Assembly (NCBI GenBank): GCA_964399675.1
Contig: CAYNRK010000001.1
Span: forward strand, 424 to 64,423
Origin: an uncultured Gammaproteobacteria bacterium
Lineage (GTDB): Bacteria; Patescibacteriota; Patescibacteriia; UBA9934; GWF2-40-263
Length of the DNA: 64,000 nt
Direction: 5' to 3'
Positions 8,396-18,513 of the stretch are shown here, in pieces. A program made the position numbers and the translations under genes. The number at the start of each line of letters is the position of its first letter. Position 1 is the first letter of the stretch. Under the pieces are notes generated by a model. That model saw nothing but the letters and a program-made list of their open reading frames with translations, ran no database searches and was not told the DNA's origin.

Positions 8396-11300
8396 TCCGC
8401 ACCTTGCGATCAAAATTCATTAACCTATTTACCATCATCTCCATGCTTGTGATGGTATTTGGCGTTACTGGAATTCTGAGCGCAGCTTCTGCACCAAACA
8501 TAATCACTTACCAGGGGCGAATCTTAAACTCAAATGGAGTTCCTGTCTCAGACGCTTCATTGGCAATTGTGTTTGCACTTTATGATGCATCAACAGACGG
8601 TACATGTGTTTGGTCAAACTCAAGCGCCAGTTGTGCCACAACAACAACCATAGCAGTCTCGCTCACAAGCGGGCTGTTTACAGAGAATTTAGGTGACACA
8701 GATGATAGTTACGCAGCCATTGGGGATTCAATTTTTTCTGACAACGCAACACTTTATCTTGAAGTGATTGTTGCCGGCGAAACACTGACTCCTCGAAAAA
8801 GAATTACAGCCGCGCCATATGCGCTGAACGCAGATACGCTTGATGGTATTGATTCATCATCGTTTTTACAAGCATCTGGAGGAGATTTAGAGCTAACTGG
8901 AAGTTTGTCAGTTGGAGATGGTGCTCCAAACAGAATTACACCAGATGACGAAGAGGTTTATATTGAGGGGGCGCTTGAAGTTGATGGAGCTGCTTATTTT
9001 GATAATAGAATCGCAGCAAACCTAAGCAGTGCAACAGATAGTTTTATCAATCTGACAAGCACTGGCGATTTTATATTTTATGATAACGGAACTGCCGCAA
9101 TGACAATTGATGATTCCGGAGATGTAACACTTGCTGGTGGCTTGGCGGTTAACGGTGACGATATAACTTCAGACGGCAATCTTGAAATTGAAGCTACTGG
9201 TTATGTTCGGGTTGGTGATTCAGGAGTCCCAACAACCGCAAGTTCTGATGACGACTTGTTTGTTACAGACGATCTTGAAGTTGATGGGATTGGTCGTTTT
9301 GATCTTGGTGCTTCAGATTACTTATTGGTTAATGCAGCTTCATTTGATTCAACCACAACAACAGGAGCTCTAAGTATTTATGTTGATTCTGAAACAAATA
9401 ATAACAGAGGAATTTTTCTTGATTACGAGTTTTTAGATGATGATGATGGTACAGATACAGGCGTTGGAATGTTCATGAATCTATACAACACCACAGCAGA
9501 TGATGGAGACACAATTTACGGCATTCACATTGATCAGGTTACATCAAACATTGGAACAGATGCTCTGATTCGTCTTGAGAATTCTGATACCGATGCTGCT
9601 GACGCTGTTATCAACGCGATTCTGATTGATGGTGCCGGAGCTATTACTGATGCAATTGATGCAGCAGATAGTGATATTGAAAACGCATTGCACATTGATG
9701 CTAACTTTATAAGACACAATAATCTCAGAACTGCTGAGATAGATATAAATACACTCACTTGGGAAGATGTTTCCGGAAATGATTTGATGACACTTACTGA
9801 TAATTCGAATACTGGAGACCTTGTTCTTACCGGTGATCTTGCTGTTAACGGCGATGATATTACTTCAGATGGGAATCTCGACATCATTGCTACCACTTAT
9901 GTAGGTGTTGGATCTGAGAGCCCTAGTTCAGCAACAGGGGCCGGTGATCTATTTGTATCAGATGCTATTGAAATAGACGGCCTATCTTATCTTAAAGGCC
10001 AAGTACAAACCTCAAGCAATGTTCTTGCAACTCTAGATGGTACTGAGCAATTTCGCGTTGATATTACTGGGACTGGATCGTTTTTAGTGAGAGACGGGGC
10101 TGCTGATATTTTTGTTCTTGACGATGAAGGTGCTGTTACATTTACACTTGATTCAATAGATGATCCAGCTTTTACAATCACAAATAATGGATCATCAAAT
10201 GTAACAACAAATCTTGCTTCAACAGGAGATTTTGTGATTCAAGACAACGGCACTCCAGCCTTCACAGTTGATGATTCCGGTGATGTAACACTTGCTGGCG
10301 ACTTGGCAGTTAATGGAGACGATATTACTTCAGATGGAGATTTGACAATCAACCCAGCAGGCGGACAGGTTAGTCTTGCAGATGGTGACACACTTAACAT
10401 TGGTGGAACTGCTGCAGGTCAGGCTTACAATGTGATTGGTGACAGTGTTGCAACTGCAAGTGGGCAGACTGATTCTGATGACGATCTTTATATAGAGGGT
10501 GATTTAGAAGTTGATGGACTGGTTGTGTTTCAAGGATCACAATTTCAAATCGATGCATTACCAACAACTGCAACAACGGGTGTTATTGATGTGGATATTT
10601 CGACCGTAACTGCTGGTGTTGAGGGTTTAAATATTTATATAACTCAGTCGGATGGTTCAGCTAGTGGTGCAGATGTTGAGGCCATTAATTTAACTCTTGC
10701 GGCAAATGATGCAGATGGTGACATGTTTGGAATTGATATAGTCGCAAATGCAACTGATAACGCAGCAGCGGGTTCTTATGAAGCACTTATCCGTCTTTCA
10801 AACACCGAGCCAACAGCTTCAACAGTAACCGACGCTCTTCTTGTTACAACATCATCTGGTACATCTGGTGATATTGTGGACGCTGTTGATGCTTCAGCCG
10901 GTGACATTACAAATGCTCTTAATGCTGGGAGTAACTTTGTATTATTTAATGGAACGCGAGCATATTCATCAAGCTCTACTGTCTTAGTTTTTGAAGATAC
11001 AGCCGGAAACGACTTAATGACAGTTACTGACGCAGGAACAACTGGAAATTTGGCAGTGAGCGGAAGCCTTGCCGTGACTGGAAATTTGGTTGCAAGCAGT
11101 GATGTTAGTTGTACAGACTGTTTGGATTTTCCAGATTTTGAGGACACTCTCGATTTTGATTCAGACACACAATTCACACAGAATGGTACTGAAACTCTTA
11201 CTTTTTCAAACCAAGGAACAGGTGCAATAACATTTGATCTAACATCAACCGGGGATTTTATTGTTGCAGATGATGGAACACCAGCATTTACTGTAAACGA

Positions 11301-14300
11301 TTCTGGAAACGCAACATTTGCAGGAGACTTAACAGTAAGCGGAACACTTTCTGGAGTCTCAGATATTGGTGGAACAACCGCAACAACATTTACTCTTGAT
11401 ACAGACAGCTCTGGAGTTGCTGATCAGGATTTATATTTTTATTTTGAGGACGACGAAGCTGCAACAGCACATTATCTTGGTTGGGATGATGGGCTTGATT
11501 CTTTCCTTTTTAATGATGAGGTTTCTCCAGCAACCGCCGGAACTCCAACACTTGGTCTTACAACAAATGAATGGGATGGACTTTATATTGGAGATGATGG
11601 GGTTGGGGTAACTTTTGGAGCTGGACAGGAATTCGTTGCCACTCACAATTCAACAGATTCAATAATGAGTTTTAGAACAGCACAAACCGCCTCTTTAGAT
11701 ACAGATACTGCTATTTATACTTTTGCAGCAGATACGGCAAACGCTGGAATGACAGCAAGCAGCGAAGTGTTTGAAATTGGTTATGGCGATGTTGATGACT
11801 CAGCAGCCAATTGGACAGAGCTTTTCTCAGTTAGGGAAGATGGAGATGTTCAAATTGGTGGTAACAGGTTGACCACAAATGGCATCACATCCATGAACCT
11901 ATTTAACGAAAACGTACTTACAGCCAGTGTTTTGACAACCGCAACAGACATAACAATAGGTGCTGTTGCTGGTACGGTTTCATTGCAAGGTGACCTGGCA
12001 GTCAACGGAGACGATATTACTTCAGATGGTGACCTCACCATTGACGCAGCTGGCGGACAAGTTCTTTTTGCAGATGGGGATGTTTTTAATATTGGGGGTG
12101 CTTCGGGTGTTGCTTATAACGTTATTGGTGACAATACGGATAATGTTAGTGGCACACCAAACTCTGATGACGACCTTTATATTGAGGGAAACATTGAGGT
12201 GGATGGTGCATTCAATTTTGATAGTTCAGGTTCTTTCGAAGGTCCTGTGACTATTATTACGGGCGCACTTAGAGTAAACAGCGATTCAATTACATCAGAC
12301 TCAAATCTTGATATTTCAGCAACTGGGTATGTTCGGATTGGTGATACCGGAACCCCTGGAGTTGCAAATGGAGATGATGATCTTTATGTTGAAGGCGGTC
12401 TGGAAGTTGATGGAGAAACAGAGCTTGATGGCGCGCTTGATGCTGATGGCCAAGTTGATTTAGGTGATAACGGAGACACAGTTGCCATTAACTCTTCTGA
12501 CTGGGACATTGGCACGGATGGAACGATTACAGGCGTTGATTTTGATGCCAATGGTTCCGGCAACTCTCTTTCAAATGTTGATGCAGCAGATATAACAGAT
12601 GACTCATTAGATTTTACAGAGTTTGATGACTCAATGTCGCTTGATGCTGCATTGACTGTATTAGGTGGGGCAGGTGAGACAATTACTTGGTCTCGCACTC
12701 TGACTAATGCCACTGCAGAGAAGGCAATGACGCTTAATGTAACTCCTAGCGATTCAACCGGTGCAACAACAGAGCAGTATGGTCTCTATATTGATAACAC
12801 CAGTAGTTTGAGTTATGCAGTGGATGCTTTACTTGTTATTGACAACTCTCATACTTCAGACTCTGATGATGTTGGAGCAGGGATTCGTTTTGAATCTAAT
12901 GTAGGAGATTTTCTTTATGGCATTGACATGAACAGTGCCACAGTGCAAACCTCTGATATTCGTCTGTCAAATGGAGAAACTATTTCAAACACAGCAGACG
13001 GAACCATTGCCATAACAGCAACCGATACAACAATTTCCGGCAATCTTTCTGTTGATGGAAATGCCAATCCAGCAAATGCTGGTCAAGAAACTCTTGGTAC
13101 AACAGCTCTTGAATGGGACGGGCTCTTTGTTGGTGATGATGGGGTTGGTGTTACATGGGGTGCTGGGCAGGATTTGGTGGCCGCATTTGACAATGCGAGC
13201 GACTCACTTGAATTTATTGGATCACTTGTTTCAATCGGTGCTGAAGCCGACAATACAACGGCAACAGGTGATAATGATTTATTTGTTGTAGGTGATTTTG
13301 AGGTGAACGGTGCCACAGACTTAGATGGAAATCTTTTAGTAGCTGACACTGACATTGCTTTTGATGGAGCTTCAACAACTTTTACAACAACTGGTGCTTT
13401 CACACTTACTCCAGGAGGCGCAACTCTTTTAGGAGACGGTGTAAACACAATGCAAATCAATTCTTCTGATTGGGATATTGGTACAGACGGAACGATTACA
13501 GGTGTTGATTTTGATGCTAATGGAACAGAGAACTCTCTTTCAAATGTTGATGCAGCAGATATAACAGATGACTCACTCACTTTTGCACAAATTAGCGACT
13601 CCTCAGCCATTGATACTGATACAACCTTTACAGCAGCTGACGGAGTTCAGCTCACACTCACCCCAACGCACACAAACGGTGATACAAATTTTTTCACAAT
13701 TAACGCAGATCAAACCGATGATGGTGATGGCACAGATGATTTCTATGCCATAAAACTTGATCTTACATCTGAGAGCGGGGACACAGGAGATACATTCCGA
13801 GGAATTGGTATTGAATGGGAAGAAGGAACAGCAAATACTGTTATGGATGCTGCCATTAGGATTGATAATGAAGAAACAACAGACTCCACCATAACGGATG
13901 CAATTATTATTACTTCCTCAGGTGTTGAAGCAGGCGTAGTAGATGCGCTTGATGCATCTGATTCAAACATCACGAACGCCCTGAACATTGGTACTAATAA
14001 TATTGTTTTTGACACAATGCGTCAGTACGGTTCATCTTCAACAGTTCTTACTTGGGATGATGGTGGTAATACAATGATGACACTTACAGACAATTCAAAC
14101 GAAGGTGATCTTGTGATTACAGGTGATCTAACAGCAGATGACTTTTCTTGTACTTCAGGCGACTGTTTGGACTTTACAGAATTGTCTGACACCATGGCTC
14201 TTGACACAGCAACCTCAATTACCGGTACTGCTGGTGAGACTTTTACATTTACTCGTACCGGAACCGCAGCTGCAAGCGAAAATGGTGTGGCAATTGGGAT

Positions 14301-17300
14301 GACAATCGGACTTTTAGACGGAATGTCACGACAACAGAATGGTTTGGAGATTACGGTTACAAACGAAGCGGATCATGAAGGCTCAACAAACATTATAACC
14401 GGACTTAATGTTGCAGCACTTGGAACCGCAGATGCTGAGGCTTGGGAAAGAGGGATTCAGATTAATGCTGGTTGGGATCACAATATACTTTTTAATGATA
14501 CAACAACAAATATCGGAGTGGCAGATGGGGGTACGATCACTTGGAATGATAATAATAGTCAGACTTTGATGACACTTACAGATGATTCAGACGAAGGAGA
14601 TTTGGTTGTAACAGGGTCTGGAGATTTTGATGAATTAACAGTTGATGAAAATGGACTTGGAATTGATGTTGCAGCTGCCGGACAGCTAACAATTGGAGGT
14701 ACAAATGCAACAACTATTTCAATATGTAATTCAGCTGATTGTGCAGTGGTTGATATTGCAACTAATGCGTCTGCAGACAATATTTATTTAGGGGATGTTG
14801 CAGATACCGTTGCAATAAGAGGAGCAGCAGGTTCTTATGTTAATTTTCCATATTTTGATATTGCAGCAAACACAAACTTCATGACATTTACTCCTAATAC
14901 AACAGGAACGGTTCTTGATTTTGATCTTGAAACAGAGTGGACAACAGGAGATCTTATTAATGCTGATTGGGATTCGTCTACTGCTATGACAGGAACTTCA
15001 GTGACAGGAATTGATCTTGATTTTACAAACGCAACAGCAACTCAAGATGTTGATTGGAATGGAATAAATGTAAAATCTCCAAGCTCAACATCGTTAAGCG
15101 GTAATACAACAACAAATCTTGTTGGGTTTAATATCCCATCTGCAGCAACATTAGACACAACTGGAGCTGCAGGAGATACAACAATTGTTTCTTGGATTGG
15201 AAACCAGATTTATACACCAGACATTGATACAGGAGCAGGAGAAACAAATGATGTTGTTACTTCAGTTGGGATTGCAATTATGGGTGGTACGGTTACAAAT
15301 GGAGGTGGAACTGAAAATCAATACGGGATAACGTTTGGAAATATTCAAAGCGATATTATAACAGGCAACGGTGAAGAGCTTGATGTTACAGCAGGAGACG
15401 GATCAGGTGCTGCTGGAGGAGCGCTTGATTTTAATGCTGGAGCAGGAGCTGCAACATATGATGGAGGAGCTGCAACAATGAACGCTGGAGACGGTGGGAT
15501 TGCATCAGATGGAGTGGATGTTGGTGGTGAGGGTGGAGGCGTAACAATAGCTGCTGGTAATGGAGGTGCAGGAATAATGGTTCTTGATGCCGGCGATGGT
15601 GGTGCATTAACTATTTCATCTGGAACAGGTGGTGCAAGAGCCATGGCTGGAACAGGTGCTGGAGGACTTCTTACAATTAGTGCTGGAGACGCTGGATCAT
15701 CAGCAACCGCAGAGTCAGCCGCAGGCGGGTCTGTTCTGATTACAGCCGGTGATGGAGAAGGTACAGGAGCAGCGGGCGACGGAGGTTCTATTACACTCAA
15801 CCCTGGTGATGCAGAAAGTGCGAGTGGTCAGTACGGAGCGATTGTTCTTGAGGGGGCAATAGATTTTGGAACTCAAGCAGCATTTGCTGATGGAGATACA
15901 GACCCTTCTGTTGAGCAAGGATCATTTTTTAGAACAGTAAATACCAATCCGGTTGGTGTAACAATTACAAATTTTGATGATGGAGTTGCCGGTCAGATTA
16001 TATTTATTGAAAATGTCGATACCTATAATACTATATTTTCTGAGGCTGGTGCAACAATAAGCCTTGGAACAAATAATATTACTACAGGCAGTGGAGACTT
16101 TACCGTTTGGATGTTTGACGGATCTGTTTGGCACCTTGTTTCATACATGCCTAGTTCTGCCAACAATTCAAACGGTGATGGTTTTGACGTTGCTGAGTGG
16201 TATCCGGCCTCAGAAGATGTTGTTCCCGGAGAAGTTGTGATTGCAAATTCAAATAGCTCTGTTGAAGTTAAGAAAAGCTCAGCACAATATCAAACAGCAT
16301 TGCTCGGTGTTGTTTCAACCCAACCAGGCCTTATTTTGGGAAGTGAGGGTGAAAGCACTTTTGCAGCTCAAGTAGCACTTGCCGGTCGTGTTCCGGTTAA
16401 AGCTACAAATGAAAATGGCGCAATCAAAGTTGGTGATTATCTTACAAGCTCAAGTGTTAGTGGACACGCAATGAAAGCCACAAAAGCCGGTCCGGTTGTT
16501 GGAATGGCGCTTGAGGATTTCAATGAAGCAACTGGAACCGTTCTTATGCATGTTAGCTCTGGTTGGTATGCAGGTGGAGTAATCGGAACCGATGGAACTT
16601 CAACTCTTATTACAGACAATGCGGTGATGGCTCCGCTTGGCATTGCAACAGAAGAAACACCAGACTTTGATTCGTATGGTTTGAGTTTGCGTGGCTCAGC
16701 TTGGAATGGAGCAGAGGCAGTTAACAAGCAAATGACACTTGTTACAGATATTACAAACGCAGATTCATATCGACTGTCAGTTCGTGACACAATTGGAACA
16801 GAAGTTGCTTACATCACAAACGAAGGAACAATGAGTATCTCTGGTGACATGGTGATTGCCGGAAAGCTTTATCCATCTGACAGAGGCGTTGCACAAACTG
16901 AAAAGTATATTTACTACGACGGTTCATCAGGGCCGGGTGGAGATTTTATGCGTACAAACGCAAGTGGTTGGTCAACAGGCTCATACGACTTTGCTGAAAT
17001 GTTCCCGTCCAATCAAGCGCTTCTGGCTGGTGAGGTTGTTGCGTTTTCTGGCGATGGAATAAATGTTTCAAGATCACTCAATTCACATGACAGCAAGTTG
17101 GCAGGAATTGTCTCAACTCGTCCGGGATTTTTGGCTGGCGAAAATTTAGCTGGTAATTATCCGGTTGCTTTAGCTGGGCGTGTGCCAACAAAAGTTGTTC
17201 TTGAAAATGGCGTGATTGAAGTCGGTGACGCTCTTACAAGTTCATCAACTCCCGGATCTGCCATGAAGGCAACAGAATCCGGAATGATTATTGGTTACGC

Positions 17301-18213
17301 TCTTGAGCCATACACAGGATCACAAAACGATGATCGGATAGTTGTATTTGTAAACGTTGGTTATTTTGCCGGAGAAAGTCTGGGAGCAACTCCTGGCGCG
17401 CAAAATACAGCATCTGAGTTTGCTCAAAGTTTTGCCACAAGTTATACGTCCCTAAACATGAGCGGAAATATTTACATGACCGGTAATGAGATTTTGAGTA
17501 TTGGAAAACTTGCCGGCATCTCAGACAACTGGTCTATTGATCAAGATGGAACAATGAAGACAAAGAGTCTTCTCAAGACTGTAATCACTTCACATCAAGG
17601 TACACAAGTTGAAACAATCGCTGTAACTTCACCAGAAGCAATCATCACGCTTTCAGGCACAACCGAACTTAAAGACGGCCAAGCAGAGGTCAGATTTGAA
17701 AAAGTCATTCCTGAATACAATGATGTAATTTCAGCCTGGGCGCCGATTCGTGTTGTTGTTACTCCAATGGGACCTGTCTCACTTTATGTTGAGCACAAAG
17801 ATCAGAATGGATTTATTGTAAAACGATTTGGAGGAAATGAAGTTGATGTTGAGTTTGATTGGATGGTAACTGCTTATCGCAAAGGCTTTGAGCCGGAGGA
17901 AGATGTTGAAGAGATCCGAGAGGTGGAAGATGTCCGAGAGGTGGAAGAAGAGGTAGCCCCAGGCTTTAGCCTGGGCGAAGAGGTCAGGGAAATTGAAAAA
18001 GATGAACCAATTACAGAAGAAGAAAAAGTTGAAAATGAAGAGGAAGATTCATTGGTCCCATTGGTCGAATCCGACCCATTGAATAACGAAGAGGTAGTTT
18101 TAGATGATCCCGCACCTCAGGTGAGTCCTGATGAAACCCCAGTCGATCCTTTGGTTCAAGATGATGGTGGCATACTTGCCGAGCAACCATCTGAACCAGT
18201 ATCGAACCCTTAA
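8392..18213 (+). CDS. Giant (3273 aa) repetitive cell-surface / fibre-like protein. It starts inside an ATGA overlap with the upstream gene
   Basis: N-terminal signal-anchor (MIRTLRSKFINLFTIISMLVMVFGVTGILSAASA) and a 'YALNADTLDGIDSSSFL' motif typical of fibre proteins. Four or more 'LAVNGDDITSDG(N/D)L' repeats and duplicated 'SSDWDIGTDGTITGVDFDANG' modules. A Gly/Ala-rich beta-helix-like stretch (aa approx 2320-2480). Two tandem approx 170-aa C-terminal domains, and an acidic tail containing 'EEIREVEDVREVEEE'. Confidence 0.65.
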   Translation: MIRTLRSKFINLFTIISMLVMVFGVTGILSAASAPNIITYQGRILNSNGVPVSDASLAIVFALYDASTDGTCVWSNSSASCATTTTIAVSLTSGLFTENLGDTDDSYAAIGDSIFSDNATLYLEVIVAGETLTPRKRITAAPYALNADTLDGIDSSSFLQASGGDLELTGSLSVGDGAPNRITPDDEEVYIEGALEVDGAAYFDNRIAANLSSATDSFINLTSTGDFIFYDNGTAAMTIDDSGDVTLAGGLAVNGDDITSDGNLEIEATGYVRVGDSGVPTTASSDDDLFVTDDLEVDGIGRFDLGASDYLLVNAASFDSTTTTGALSIYVDSETNNNRGIFLDYEFLDDDDGTDTGVGMFMNLYNTTADDGDTIYGIHIDQVTSNIGTDALIRLENSDTDAADAVINAILIDGAGAITDAIDAADSDIENALHIDANFIRHNNLRTAEIDINTLTWEDVSGNDLMTLTDNSNTGDLVLTGDLAVNGDDITSDGNLDIIATTYVGVGSESPSSATGAGDLFVSDAIEIDGLSYLKGQVQTSSNVLATLDGTEQFRVDITGTGSFLVRDGAADIFVLDDEGAVTFTLDSIDDPAFTITNNGSSNVTTNLASTGDFVIQDNGTPAFTVDDSGDVTLAGDLAVNGDDITSDGDLTINPAGGQVSLADGDTLNIGGTAAGQAYNVIGDSVATASGQTDSDDDLYIEGDLEVDGLVVFQGSQFQIDALPTTATTGVIDVDISTVTAGVEGLNIYITQSDGSASGADVEAINLTLAANDADGDMFGIDIVANATDNAAAGSYEALIRLSNTEPTASTVTDALLVTTSSGTSGDIVDAVDASAGDITNALNAGSNFVLFNGTRAYSSSSTVLVFEDTAGNDLMTVTDAGTTGNLAVSGSLAVTGNLVASSDVSCTDCLDFPDFEDTLDFDSDTQFTQNGTETLTFSNQGTGAITFDLTSTGDFIVADDGTPAFTVNDSGNATFAGDLTVSGTLSGVSDIGGTTATTFTLDTDSSGVADQDLYFYFEDDEAATAHYLGWDDGLDSFLFNDEVSPATAGTPTLGLTTNEWDGLYIGDDGVGVTFGAGQEFVATHNSTDSIMSFRTAQTASLDTDTAIYTFAADTANAGMTASSEVFEIGYGDVDDSAANWTELFSVREDGDVQIGGNRLTTNGITSMNLFNENVLTASVLTTATDITIGAVAGTVSLQGDLAVNGDDITSDGDLTIDAAGGQVLFADGDVFNIGGASGVAYNVIGDNTDNVSGTPNSDDDLYIEGNIEVDGAFNFDSSGSFEGPVTIITGALRVNSDSITSDSNLDISATGYVRIGDTGTPGVANGDDDLYVEGGLEVDGETELDGALDADGQVDLGDNGDTVAINSSDWDIGTDGTITGVDFDANGSGNSLSNVDAADITDDSLDFTEFDDSMSLDAALTVLGGAGETITWSRTLTNATAEKAMTLNVTPSDSTGATTEQYGLYIDNTSSLSYAVDALLVIDNSHTSDSDDVGAGIRFESNVGDFLYGIDMNSATVQTSDIRLSNGETISNTADGTIAITATDTTISGNLSVDGNANPANAGQETLGTTALEWDGLFVGDDGVGVTWGAGQDLVAAFDNASDSLEFIGSLVSIGAEADNTTATGDNDLFVVGDFEVNGATDLDGNLLVADTDIAFDGASTTFTTTGAFTLTPGGATLLGDGVNTMQINSSDWDIGTDGTITGVDFDANGTENSLSNVDAADITDDSLTFAQISDSSAIDTDTTFTAADGVQLTLTPTHTNGDTNFFTINADQTDDGDGTDDFYAIKLDLTSESGDTGDTFRGIGIEWEEGTANTVMDAAIRIDNEETTDSTITDAIIITSSGVEAGVVDALDASDSNITNALNIGTNNIVFDTMRQYGSSSTVLTWDDGGNTMMTLTDNSNEGDLVITGDLTADDFSCTSGDCLDFTELSDTMALDTATSITGTAGETFTFTRTGTAAASENGVAIGMTIGLLDGMSRQQNGLEITVTNEADHEGSTNIITGLNVAALGTADAEAWERGIQINAGWDHNILFNDTTTNIGVADGGTITWNDNNSQTLMTLTDDSDEGDLVVTGSGDFDELTVDENGLGIDVAAAGQLTIGGTNATTISICNSADCAVVDIATNASADNIYLGDVADTVAIRGAAGSYVNFPYFDIAANTNFMTFTPNTTGTVLDFDLETEWTTGDLINADWDSSTAMTGTSVTGIDLDFTNATATQDVDWNGINVKSPSSTSLSGNTTTNLVGFNIPSAATLDTTGAAGDTTIVSWIGNQIYTPDIDTGAGETNDVVTSVGIAIMGGTVTNGGGTENQYGITFGNIQSDIITGNGEELDVTAGDGSGAAGGALDFNAGAGAATYDGGAATMNAGDGGIASDGVDVGGEGGGVTIAAGNGGAGIMVLDAGDGGALTISSGTGGARAMAGTGAGGLLTISAGDAGSSATAESAAGGSVLITAGDGEGTGAAGDGGSITLNPGDAESASGQYGAIVLEGAIDFGTQAAFADGDTDPSVEQGSFFRTVNTNPVGVTITNFDDGVAGQIIFIENVDTYNTIFSEAGATISLGTNNITTGSGDFTVWMFDGSVWHLVSYMPSSANNSNGDGFDVAEWYPASEDVVPGEVVIANSNSSVEVKKSSAQYQTALLGVVSTQPGLILGSEGESTFAAQVALAGRVPVKATNENGAIKVGDYLTSSSVSGHAMKATKAGPVVGMALEDFNEATGTVLMHVSSGWYAGGVIGTDGTSTLITDNAVMAPLGIATEETPDFDSYGLSLRGSAWNGAEAVNKQMTLVTDITNADSYRLSVRDTIGTEVAYITNEGTMSISGDMVIAGKLYPSDRGVAQTEKYIYYDGSSGPGGDFMRTNASGWSTGSYDFAEMFPSNQALLAGEVVAFSGDGINVSRSLNSHDSKLAGIVSTRPGFLAGENLAGNYPVALAGRVPTKVVLENGVIEVGDALTSSSTPGSAMKATESGMIIGYALEPYTGSQNDDRIVVFVNVGYFAGESLGATPGAQNTASEFAQSFATSYTSLNMSGNIYMTGNEILSIGKLAGISDNWSIDQDGTMKTKSLLKTVITSHQGTQVETIAVTSPEAIITLSGTTELKDGQAEVRFEKVIPEYNDVISAWAPIRVVVTPMGPVSLYVEHKDQNGFIVKRFGGNEVDVEFDWMVTAYRKGFEPEEDVEEIREVEDVREVEEEVAPGFSLGEEVREIEKDEPITEEEKVENEEEDSLVPLVESDPLNNEEVVLDDPAPQVSPDETPVDPLVQDDGGILAEQPSEPVSNP

Positions 18214-18459
18214 TCGTCAATGCGGTTAGGACTAAATAGGCCAAGGCTCCCATACCTATACATTGCCCCCACGCAATGTTGGCCACGAAGCCGTTCTGAC
18301 TGCGTTGAAGAAACGTTCTTTCTACAACGCCTATCCCGGTATTATCCGGGGCTTATGTGAGTTTAAACAAAACCCTTGTTTAAGTTTGCATAGACCCAAA
18401 TGGGTCACACACAATTTCATAGCATTAAGCGCGGGATCCCCACACTCGCGCTTTTTGCA

Positions 18460-18495
18460 TTCCCGCGCCTAGAGCGCGCGCCTAGAGCGCGGGAA
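18460..18495. repeat. GC-rich hairpin repeat ttcccgcgc-(cctagagcgcgcgcctaga)-gcgcgggaa. A second copy is at 40309-40347
   Basis: Perfect 9-bp inverted termini ttcccgcgc/gcgcgggaa that contain a tandem 'cctagagcgcg'. The core 'cctagagcgcgggaa' is shared with the 40.3-kb copy. Confidence 0.5.
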
Positions 18496-18513
18496 ATCAT
18501 TTTTTGCTATACT

